Below, piece by piece: positions 24,198 to 36,428 of a stretch of DNA of 64,000 nucleotides. Under the pieces are notes generated by a model. That model did not search any database. It saw only the letters and a program-made list of their open reading frames with translations, and had not been told where the DNA came from. Within the stretch, counting starts at the first letter, position 1. Every line of letters begins with the position of its first letter. The stretch comes from Octopus sinensis (taxonomy: Eukaryota). Made by a program: the position numbers and the translations under genes. The stretch is taken from positions 89,032,001 through 89,096,000 of the forward strand of contig NC_043000.1 of assembly GCF_006345805.1 (NCBI RefSeq). Direction: 5' to 3'.

Positions 24198-25346
24198 CTT
24201 TATATTTATAAAACTGAGAATGTGTGTCTGTCTGTCTGTGTGTTTCCCTAAAACTCAAGAAGTACGCAACCAATTTCATTCAAATTTTACACATGCCTTA
24301 CTTAGGGTCCATGTAGTTTCATGGGCAAAAAAAATGTTCAACTTCTTGCTTAGAGCGATCCCATAGCAATATCATATCTTCTCCACTATTTCAGTATTAC
24401 GTGTTAAAAGTGAAACAAAAACATTTCTCTATTTTATGTCAGATACTTTCACTTTAACAATAAAAATAATAACAATTGAATTATATGTAGTAAGTAATAA
24501 TTAAAATCAAACTAAAGTATAATATTATAGTAACATAACAAAAGTAAAAATAGCAATTGGTATAAAATTGCATCAATGACTTGAACTTGAATCAGTGGTT
24601 TCATATGAATGGGAATAAATAAAAAATAAAATTTAAGTGCAGAAATGGAATAGTCCAGATGGAGGTGTGCACGGCTTTTACATTAGATTATTTGCTAATT
24701 AGCTAGCATTAAGTATCTATATGAAGTTTGGCTGTACGAAGATGCTTCTACTGAGTACCGCTGTTGGTTTATTTCTGATCCATAAAGGCCTATAGCTTCA
24801 ACAGAGTACTGCTTTTTTGTTTACTGTAAGGTTTGTTATTATTATTTCTGTTTAACTATTGTTATCACGTTTGTTGGTTCCTCGTAAGGGAAGCGTTGTT
24901 GTATTGCATCTGTTAAATAATTGTAAACCGTAACCCTCCCCCTTTGGGAGAAGGAGCTTTGGTTATTGTTTAAAAATTGAATTGTGTCCCTGTTTGGGGA
25001 AATTGATAATATTTTCACCGTTTCCACGGAAGCATTTTTGTTAAAATGTCTTCGATAGAAGAAAGTCCAAAAATGAATTTCGCTGCAGCCGTCGGATTGT
25101 AGCCACACTTCTATACAAGAGGGAGGACAAGATACAATTGATCGAAATTACAAGAGACGAGCTAACAATTCCAGTCTGTTATATATTTTGAGTATTGTTA
25201 TCACTAGCGATATCAAGATATAACTTTGTATTTTATGTGTAGATGTATATATATAGATGTACATGTAACATGTACACACATATATATATACACATATATA
25301 CATGCACTAGCACTATAACCCGGCAACGACGGGTCTTTAATGCTAG
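24197..25346 (+). mobile_element. Complete non-autonomous Helitron (copy B), 1150 bp
   Basis: A|TC 5' end (TCTTTATATTTATAAAACTGAGAATGTGTGTCTG), 3' hairpin ACCCG-GCAACGA-CGGGT then CTAG|T, no TSD. Confidence 0.85.
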
Positions 25347-25347
<1 letters not shown>

Positions 25348-25378
<31 letters not shown>

Positions 25379-25385
25379 TATATCT

Positions 25386-25438
<53 letters not shown>

Positions 25439-25745
25439 TATCTCCATATATATATATATATATAATATATAAATATATATCTCCATATATATATATATAT
25501 ATATATATAAATATATATCTCCATATATATATATAATATATATAAATATATATCTCCATATATATATCCATATATATATATATAAATATATATCCATATA
25601 TATATCCATATATATATATATATAATATATATCTCCATATATATATCCATATATATATATAAATATATATCTCCATATATATATCCATATATATATATAT
25701 ATATATAAATATATATCTCCATATATATATCCATATATATATATC

Positions 25746-25782
<37 letters not shown>

Positions 25783-25850
25783 TATATATATCCACATATA
25801 TATATATATCCATATATTTATATAAATATCCAAATATATATATACATACA
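25348..25850. repeat. (TA)n-derived minisatellite punctuated by CTCC/CC
   Basis: Recurrent ATAAATATATATCTCCATATATAT and ATATATCCATAT units. Confidence 0.9.
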
Positions 25851-26055
25851 TACATTATTTACATTCGATGGATATTTGTCCTCATCTTGTTTGTTGTTAA
25901 CACAACATTTCTGCAGATATACCCTCCAGCCTTCATCAGGTGTCTTTGGGCTGAAGGGTATATCAGCCGAAAGATGTTAACAATAAACATGATGAGGACA
26001 ATATCCGTCAAATGTAAATAATGTACATAATTCCTCATCTCTTAAATATAGAACT
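25851..26055. mobile_element. Inverted (palindromic) pair of PLE pLTR fragments with degenerate hammerhead-like motif
   Basis: 25851-25931 pairs with 25949-26025; minus strand reads CTGATGA-A-GGCTG..; uninverted copy of the same repeat at 28430-28610. Confidence 0.7.
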
Positions 26056-26060
26056 GTATG

Positions 26061-26128
<68 letters not shown>

Positions 26129-26554
26129 GTATATGGTGTGTTGTGAATTTATGGAAAGAAATCCCATAAAACTCGACAATTTTCATAAAAATGGAGAATA
26201 GAAGATGCTAAAATATATGAGAATTTTAATTTACAGCAATATAAAAATCATGTAAATTCATGGATGAATAGAATTAATCAAATTTATTAGATTAAATTAA
26301 ATTAATTATATATCACTGTACTCATCAGTGCAAAAAGTATGAACATAATTTTTACAAAGGACTTGAGAAAGGAAAAAGCAGAATAGGATCTAGGAGATTC
26401 ATATTTATCCTTATGCTGAGATCCCCTTCTGTCATGACTGACTGTGGGATTGCACCTAGAAAGGTACCCTCCCAGACACAAGTCCGGGCAAGGTTGTTTA
26501 TGGAAGATCAGCAGTCGCCCATGCATACCAGCCTTGTTGCCAAGTAGGAAATGG

Positions 26555-27000
26555 AAAATTCAAAATTTAGGAAGTAGAACGAAATTTTTTAACACAAGTG
26601 ATGAAGTGTATTTTAAAATATATAAAAACAGAAAACAGGACTGGGAACAAGGTAATATAACTGGACATCTGGATAATGTGATGTACATGGTAAAAAGACC
26701 AAAATAAAAACATGAAAGGCATTTTAACCAATTAAAGGTAAGATATATCAAAAATCAAGAAAGGTGAGAGGAGCCAATGTATATATGTTATGACATGTTT
26801 GAGGTCCCAGAACCACAAGTGAAAGCAGAACTGACATGTAGGTCAAACAGGAAAAGAAAACCTACAGAAATGATGGAAATTAATGCCAAGAGAAAGAGAC
26901 ATGCCAGTTTCTCACCAAGGAAATAATATTGATAAAAATAAAAGAATAAATAAATAAAAAAAGACAAAGCCAATGTTAAAAGGAGGTGGTGTTGTGTGGA
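26555..27000 (+). mobile_element. Ty3/Gypsy remnant: integrase C-terminal region, polypurine tract and start of 3' LTR
   Basis: FNTSDEVYFKIY..W.QG.I..LDNVMYMV..RHFNQL.VR..RSNRKRKP; AAAAGGAGGTGG then TGTTGTG at 26990. Confidence 0.65.
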
Positions 27001-28888
27001 AATAGAACACCCCATTGGTTGGCTCCTAATGGACTGTGCTACAATATTTTGAGTAGAACGATTTGCAAGGACATTATTATTATTCCATTATATTGTACGT
27101 CAAACATGCGATACAACAATGTTATCTTTTTCTATGGAATGCAATTATTCATCACATCCACTTTACATCACTATATCTTACACTCTCTTGATATATTTTT
27201 TTTATTTAACTTTTCCTTCTAACAATTGCATGACCCACATATATTGGACTAACACTTTATCTCTCCCTACACCTTTTTCTCTGAACATGACTGTTTTTTT
27301 AAAAAATAATATCTTTCCTTAGTATGTAATATATTTATATATTTTTTGTATATTATTTTATTTTATTTGCATAATGTGTCCTTTTAAACCCCTTCAGCAT
27401 ATCCATTCTAACTAATATTGTTTTATGTTACTTGTCACTACCTGATAAATATATTTTACTCCTGATATATGCCAACACATATAGTACTTCTTGGTGTCCA
27501 ACATGCCTACAACCATGTGTGCATATCTAGACATGGATCTTATATGTCATCTGTGTGTACATATTTATTATTATTGTGTTTATTCACTATATATTGCCAC
27601 TGACATGTATTTTTTAATATGAACATGTGCGCATATGCATATGTTTTGCACACACACACACACATATATATATACTACTATTTTTTGATGTGTCTGAACT
27701 TATATCTATATGCGTGTGCCTTTTTTTCTCTCTTTGCGCCATCATGAGTATATATACTTTTATATGGTGTTCCTTCCTTTATGTTTTCCCTAATCAAAAA
27801 CAACTGGAATTCCTATATCTATGTATACTAATGAGCAGATATTCCTCTACTCGCGTATAAGTAAATATACTAACAATTTTTTCCTTATAAGTTTTTATTG
27901 AACATTGTGTATAAATTTTTTTGTATACTTAACGTAAATCCTCAAGTATAATCCACATTTTTTTCCCCAAATTTAAAGGTCAAAATCCCTAATGCGTACT
28001 ATATACAAGGTTAAAAATGAAAAATATTTTCTAAGCAATGTTCGAGTCTCTATTTGCTGTCAGGCAATGTTTATTCAGATGCATTTTGTGATGCAGGGCA
28101 TGAAAATACCTTATATATATATATATCTTCTTGCGTTTGGAAAGAGGGTGTCTGGAGAATGGTCATTTGAGAGGTTCTTCGTGATTTTGTATCTATAGGT
28201 GTGTGTATATTTGTGTGTATGTAAATTCGTGTAAGCATGAATTTTTAAACCAAACAAAATAAAGGAAGAAAGAAAGAAAAAGAAAAGAAAGAAAGAAAAA
28301 CTGAAGGCTATGTTTTCTGAGATGGTTGAAATTTATGACAAGATGTCAACATTTTTATAAATTTCTTTTGACAAAAGTTTTTGGTCAGTTGTTACATTGC
28401 TCAGCATTAGAAAATAGAATCTTACAGTGCTATATTTAAGAGATGAGAAATTATGTACATTATTTACGATATTTACATTTGACGGATATTTGTCCTCATC
28501 TTTGTTGTTAACACAACGTCTTGGCTGATATATCCTCCGGCCTTCATCATGTGCCTTGGGGGAATTTCGAGCCTGGGTTCTCATTCCTAGGGTATTTTTT
28601 GATATTATTATTATTATTATTTCTGAGACTCCCTTCAGTCATGACTGACTATGGGGTTGCACCTAGAAAGTTACCCTCCCAGGCACAAGTCTGGGCAAGG
28701 TTGTTTATGGATGACCAGCAGTCGACCGTGCATACTGGCCTCCCCTCTCTGTGCCACCAGTGTTATCCAAGAGAAAGGCTGATACAGTTTGGCACCTGTG
28801 ACATTGCAACTCAATTTTTACAGCTGAGTTAACTGGAGCACCGTGAAATAAAGTGTCTTGTTCAAGAACACAACACACACAAGAACAC

Positions 28889-29420
28889 AAGCTTCTCTAT
28901 GCTGATGACCTTGTTCTTATAGCTGAATCTGAAGTAAAATTAGAAAAGAAATTTCAGGTATGGAAGCAAGGACTGGACTCAAAGGACTTTATAGTTAATT
29001 TAGCAAAGACCAAAGTTTTAGTGAGCAGGAAAGCAGAAAAAGTATTAATCCTTTTAGGGAAATGGCTCCACTCACTATATAGAAGAGGTGTAGGTAGAAA
29101 TTCCATACAATAGACCCAATTCAAGCTATGGATACATAAAAGGTGCAGTGGAATCACAAGAAGGTTAACAAAGTTGTCTTTGTGTGTGGGAGGTGTGGAG
29201 GTACAATGAATACTAAGAACACAGAAAATAGATTTCTTTAAATATCTAGGATAATCCTTATTAATAGACAGTTTCCATTACCTAGAAGACCAAATTAGCA
29301 GTGAAGGAGGATGCTCTGAAAGCATAGTTATCACAATATGAACTGGCTGGGGAAAGTCCAGAGAGCTATTATCTTTACTAGTAACAAAAGGCCTCTGCCT
29401 TAGAGTGAAGGGCAGATTGA
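28889..29420 (+). mobile_element. Older decayed RTE RT fragment
   Basis: LLYADDLVLIAESE..KFQVWKQGL, homologous to 31560-32100. Confidence 0.85.
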
Positions 29421-29689
29421 ACATAAAAAAATTAGTGTAGGATATTATTAATAAATAGTTATGTCAACAAAGTGAGCATGTATGCAGTTGCTCAATCTGC
29501 CAGAAATAGCTATTAAATTTCCCTCAATGCCACTAGTTTCCAAGCTTCAATAGAAACATGTCTGGCCAAGAGGAAATATCAGCTTCTTTGGAAACAAATA
29601 TAGGGGCCTCTGACTAGAAAATCTGCTTCAGTACATTCCATTTGATTTATCCAAGCATGAAAATGATGTACATCAAAATAATGATGATG

Positions 29690-29723
<34 letters not shown>

Positions 29724-32700
29724 TCGAGGTAGTCAGAGTATGCGACAGAATACTTAAGATTAGATTAGCGCTTCATCATAGTTTAGCAACAATTATATCG
29801 GCCTATGCCCCTCAGCCAGGGCTACCTGATGGACAGAAAGACCGTTTCTATGACACCCTACTGCAGACCACCTCATTGACGAATGACAGGGACCTTCTCT
29901 TTGTGGCTGGTGACCTCAATGGGCATGTTGGACGACATGCTGGGGGCTTCCATGGCATACATGGAGGCTACGGTTATGGTTCTCACAACGAGGAGGGAAC
30001 CAGGCTGCTGGAGTTCTGCGATGCGAATAGTTTTATGGTTTGCAACACTAACTTCAGGAAACCGACAAGCCACCTGGTCACCTACCGATCAGGCCGGCAT
30101 ACTAGCCAAATAGACTACATCCTTGCCAGAAAAAGGGAAAGATGGCTGCTTATAAATGCCAAAACCTTCCCAAGCGAAGAACGTACCCCACAACATAGAC
30201 TGGTAGTTAGTGACTTTAGGATCAGGACTAAGAGGACGACCAGAAGACGACCAGCATGGAGAAGAAGGGTCTGGAAGCTTAAAGATCCTGCGAATGGACA
30301 GAGATTTAGAGACATGTTACTTGAAGACTTTGACGAAGTAGAAGGGGGTATAGCTACACATGGGGTAGAAGACAACTGGATGCTTCTAAGGGACAACCTG
30401 CTGAAAGCCACTGACTAGATCTGTGGCTGGTGCAAAGTCCCCTCAAGACCCAAAATAACGTGGTGGTGGAACAATATTGTTGACAGGGCTATTAGACAAA
30501 AGAAACAGGCTTGGAAGGACTGGAAGAACAGTGGTAGCAGGGAAGTATATCAGACTGCCAGAAGGGAAGCTAGGAGGCAGGTGTATTTAGCCAGAGGGGA
30601 ATCAGATAAGAAAAAATTTGTCAATATTCTGCGCTGTGAGGATGAAAGACTTGAGGTATTTCGTGTTGCAAGACAGTGTGTGAGAGAGAATCGTGACGTG
30701 GTAGGAGAGAAATGTGTTCGCAAGGATGACAGTTCACTTGCCCTAAATGAGGATGCAAAGAGAGAGGTTTGGAGACGCCACTATGAAAGGTTGCTGAATG
30801 AGGAAAATGAATGGGATAAAGAGAGTCTGCCGAATGTCGACCCAACAGAGGGATCAGCAATCCGAGTTGACAGTTCCTTAGTAGTTAAGGCAATTACAAG
30901 CATGAAAACAGGGAAAGCCCCAGGCCCATCAGGAATTACTGCAGAGATGCTCAAAATATCTGGTAGTGTAGGCTATAGCCTAGTCACCCGTATAGTTAAC
31001 CAGGTGATACACGAAGGAGTCATTACCAATGACTAGTGTAGCAGTATAATAGTCAACTGCTACAAAGGTAAAGGTGACGCCCTCGATACAAATAACTACA
31101 GGGGTATCAAGCTGCTGGATCAGGTAATGAAGGTTACGGAGAGGGTTATAGCCCAACTAATTAGAGAGAGAGTTAGCTTAGATGAGATGCAGTTTGTGTT
31201 CGTGCCAGTGAAAAGTACTACTGATGCTATATTCCTGGTAAGACAGCTGCAGGAGAAATACCTAGCCAAAGATAAGCCCCTGTACCTGGCTTTTGTTGAC
31301 ATGAAGAAAGCCTTCGACAGGGTCCCCCGATCCCTTATCTGGTGGTCAATGAGGAAACTAGGGATAGATGAATGGTTAGTGAGAGCTGTGCGAGCCATGT
31401 ACAGAGACGCTGCTAGTAAGGTGAGGGTTGGCAACGAGTACAGTGAAGAATTCCGGGTAGAGGTTGGGGTCCACCAAGGTTCAGTCCTCAGTCCCCTCCT
31501 ATTTATCATAGTCCTCCAGGCAATAACGGAGGAATTCAAGACAGGATGCCCCTGGGAGCTCCTCTATGCTGATGACCTTGCTCTAATTGCTGAGTCACTA
31601 TCAGAACTGGAGGAGAAGTTTCAGGTGTGGAAGCAAGGATTAGAATAGAAGGGCCTTAGAACCAACCTAGCCTAAACCAAAGTCCTAATAAGTAGGAAGG
31701 TAGACCAATCACAAACGCCTTCTGGTAGATGGCCCTGCTCGATCTGTAAAAAAAGTGTAGGTAGAAACTCTATAAGGTGCACCAAGTGTAAGCTATGGAC
31801 ACATAAGAGGTGCAGCAATGTCAAAGGAAGGCTAACTAGGAAAATAGTTTTTGTCTGTGGCAGATGCTCAGGAGCAATAAACACTGAAAATGTGCAGAGA
31901 CCAACTTCTTCCACATTCCAGGGAGAAAAACTAGAAGTAGTTGATAGCTTCCGCTACCTAGGTGACCAAGTCAGTAGCGGGGGTGGGTGTGCTGGAAGTG
32001 TAACTGCTAGAGTAAGAATAGCCTGGGCAAAGTTCAGAAAGCTCTTACCCCTGCTGGTGACAAAAGGCCTCTCGCTCAGAGTAAAAGGCAGACTGTATGA
32101 TGCATGTGTACGAACAGCCATGCTACATGGGCTGTGACTGCTGAGGATATGCGTAAGCTCGCAAGAAATGAAGCCAGTATGCTCCGATGGATGTGTAATG
32201 TCAGTGTTTATAATCGACAGAGTGTAAGTACCTTGAGAGAAAAGTTGGATCTAAGAAGCATCAGTTGTGGTGTGCAAGAGAGACTTTTGCGCTGGTATGG
32301 TCATGTGTCGAGAATGGCTGAAGATAGTTGTGTGCAAAAGTGGAAGAGGTAGACCCAGGAAAACCTGGGACGAGGTGGTGAAGCACGACCTTCGAACTTT
32401 AGGTCTCACCAAGGAAATGACTAGAGACCGAGACCTATGGAAGTATGCTGTGCGTGAGAAGACCTGGCAAGACTAGTGAGACCATAACCCGTGGCCTCTA
32501 CCTGGTATGTAGCCAGTTGACTTATACATACCTTTCCTTCTTGGGACACAAAACTCCACTTGTGAAGACACGTTGAGGCAAGTGAAAATCAAAATCAAAA
32601 TCAAAATTAAACCAAATCAAATCAGATATCAGAAAGCAGAATCAAATTCGAAGTCGATCAACATCAATGAAAATTGCAGCTGTGATACCAGTGCCGGTGA

Positions 32701-33056
32701 CAAGTAGTGAACTATCTGATCGTGGCCGTTGCCAGCACCGCCCCGACTGGCCTCCGTGCCGGTGGCACATAAAAAGCACCATCCGTTCGTGGCCATTGCC
32801 AGCCTCGCCTGGCACGTAAAAAGCACCATCCGTCCATGGCCGTTTGCCAGCACCGTCTGGCACCTGTGCAGGTGGCATGTAAAAAGCTCCCACTACACTC
32901 ATGGAGTGGTTGGCGTTAGGAAGGGCATCCAGCCATAGAAACACTGCCAGATCAGACTGGGCTTGATGCAGCCTTCTGGCTTCACAGACCCCAGTTGAAC
33001 CGTCCAACTCATGGTAGCATGGAAAGCGGACGCTAAATGATGATGATGATGATGAT
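29724..33056 (+). mobile_element. 5'-truncated RTE-clade LINE (APE endonuclease, RT, PHD-like finger, 3' UTR, (GAT)n tail), inactivated
   Basis: EN: SAYAPQ, GDLNGHVG, SQIDYIL, QHRLVVSDF. RT: KAPGPSG, NYRGIKLL, KAFDRV, GVHQGSVLSPLLF, YADD. Premature stops (e.g. 30416, 31034, 31646) and a frameshift near 32130; both ends in (TA)n. Confidence 0.95.
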
Positions 33057-33266
33057 ATATATATATACTATTTTACTTGTTTCAGTCATTTGACTGTGGT
33101 CATGCTGGACCACCGCCTTTAGTTGAGCAAATCAACCCCAGGACTTATTCTTTGTAAGCTTAGTACTTATTCTATCAGTTGCTTTTGTCGAACCACTAGG
33201 TTATGGGGATGTAAACACACCAGCATCAGTTGTCAAACGATGTTCGGAGGGACAAACACAGACAAA

Positions 33267-33334
<68 letters not shown>

Positions 33335-34054
33335 ACACACATATATATATATATATTATATATATATACACATATATACAACAAGCTTCTTTCAGTTTCC
33401 ATCTACCAAATCCACTCACAAGGCTTTGGTCAGCCCGAGGCTATAGCAGAAGACATTTGCCCAAGGTGCCACGCAGTGGGACTGAACCTAGAACCATCTG
33501 GTTCATAAGTAAGTTACCATGCGCCCTCACATTATACATATATATATATATATATATATCACGTATATGCTTTGTATGTATTTTACTATGCTTCAAATAT
33601 CAAACATGTATTCATCATTCTTCAATCTTAGGCTAAAAACCAATTATAAATTTTAATTGTAACAACTATTTTCTATAGATTAAAGACAAAGTAATGTTAT
33701 TGCATTGAAACTGCAAATACTTTACATTAGGGCAAGTAACCTATTGACCTGACTGATTTCTGAGAATCATGTATGAAAAAATTTTCAGTGATTGGTCAGA
33801 ATAACAGAAAAAAAAAAGCAATGGTCATTCATAATGGTATTAGATGAAATGTCTAAATGTCTGAGATGAGTTGTTAATAAGATTGTAATTTTGCGGCCCA
33901 TTAAGTTCATCTTTAATTATTAAGCCACTGGTGCATGTACAGTTAATGTTAAAATTTTAGCTTATTGTATCTATTTTCTGTGCAAAAGGCAGCCATATTG
34001 AGCTGATGTCAGTAATGGTCAGATTTGCAATTTTGTTTTCTGTAGCTTGTTTTA

Positions 34055-34090
<36 letters not shown>

Positions 34091-34164
34091 AGTAGGTAGG
34101 CAGGCAGGCAGGCAGGTAGGTAGGTAGCTTCAAACACACACACACACACACACACAGACACACA

Positions 34165-34196
<32 letters not shown>

Positions 34197-34197
34197 T

Positions 34198-34233
<36 letters not shown>

Positions 34234-34329
34234 TATATACTCATATAAACACATAAACCTTACCCACTACTTGTGTATATATATTTATGTATATGAGTAT
34301 ACATATGTATGTGTAAAAAGATATATAAT

Positions 34330-35075
<746 letters not shown>

Positions 35076-35757
35076 TAAACAAACATTGCTTCTTATTTTT
35101 TCTAAATTTCCAGTGTTCCTTCATCAATTACAGAAATTTCATTTTCATGGTACCAGACAATTTCCTTTCTTACATCATATATGTGCAACCATTCCTATCT
35201 TAATTTCCATCATAAAGTCTTTCAAATATTCATCTATTCTGACCTTCAGCTTCTTCCCCATTTTGTCTTACAAAAGGCTTTCCAAGAATTCATGAGGTGT
35301 TATAATTACAGTTGTTTTGTAAAAGCTACTCTTGTGTAATTTTGGTGTGGAATCAGCATACTTTGGTAGCTCTTTCAGACATGCATATAAGTTAACAGTT
35401 TAAATTTAATTTGGTACTTTGTACACACATTAGACACTTGATGATAATTGATCAAATCTGGTGAAATTGTAATGATAGAAAATGCTTAGTAGCTGTGCAT
35501 TAGATGGGGGAGACAGCAGAAAAAAGTCTCTCACTGGTGATGGAGCAAAGGAGAAGAGTTAAGCTGGAAGACAGTTAGATATGATGAGTTGTGATTTGGC
35601 CACATCAACTGATCCACCAATGGAAGGGTGTTATGATTCAGAGTTGAAATGCCTAATGATCGTTGGATAACATTTGATGTCACCAGTTCTTCCTGGTCAA
35701 ATTTATATTCACCAAAGATGAATGGTGAATAAGAAGTATCTTTTTTTAATGTTACCA

Positions 35758-35758
35758 A

Positions 35759-35809
<51 letters not shown>

Positions 35810-35868
35810 CATTATTATTATCATTATTATTATTATCATTATTAATATTATTATTATCATCATCATCA

Positions 35869-35899
<31 letters not shown>

Positions 35900-35910
35900 C
35901 ATTATTATTA

Positions 35911-35944
<34 letters not shown>

Positions 35945-35945
35945 C

Positions 35946-35992
<47 letters not shown>
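35758..35992. repeat. (TTA)n/(TCA)n microsatellite
   Basis: Direct reading. Confidence 0.95.
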
Positions 35993-35993
<1 letters not shown>

Positions 35994-36254
35994 TTGAATG
36001 ATTAAAACTTATCTTTAGTCTTTTACTTGTTTAAGTCATTAGATTGTGGCCAGGCTGGGGCATTGCCTGGAAGAATTTTAGTCAAACTTATCAACCCCTG
36101 TACTTTTTTTTGTAAAGCCTTGTATTTATTGTAAACCTAGTATTTATTCTCTTTTGCCGACCACCACTAAGTTATGGGGATGTAAACACAACCAAAACCA
36201 GTTGTTAAGCAGTGGTGGGGGACAAACACTGACACAGAAACACACACGTGTGAA

Positions 36255-36292
<38 letters not shown>

Positions 36293-36428
36293 CGACAGGC
36301 TTCTTTCAGTTTTTGTCTACAAAATCCAAGGCTATAGAAGAAGATACTTACTTAAGTTATCATGCAGTGGGACTGAACCTAGAATTATGTGGTGAGGAAG
36401 AAAGCTTTATACAAATACAATATATATA

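Noticed and set aside
25213-25855. 170-212 aa Y/I-rich ORFs
   Set aside because: Translation of a TA minisatellite.
32760-32890. Short repeats with variable spacers (GGCAC.TAAAAAGCACC) superficially CRISPR-like
   Set aside because: Internal repeats of the RTE 3' UTR, seen again at 1.9-2.2 and 44.5-44.8 kb; eukaryotic context, no cas genes.
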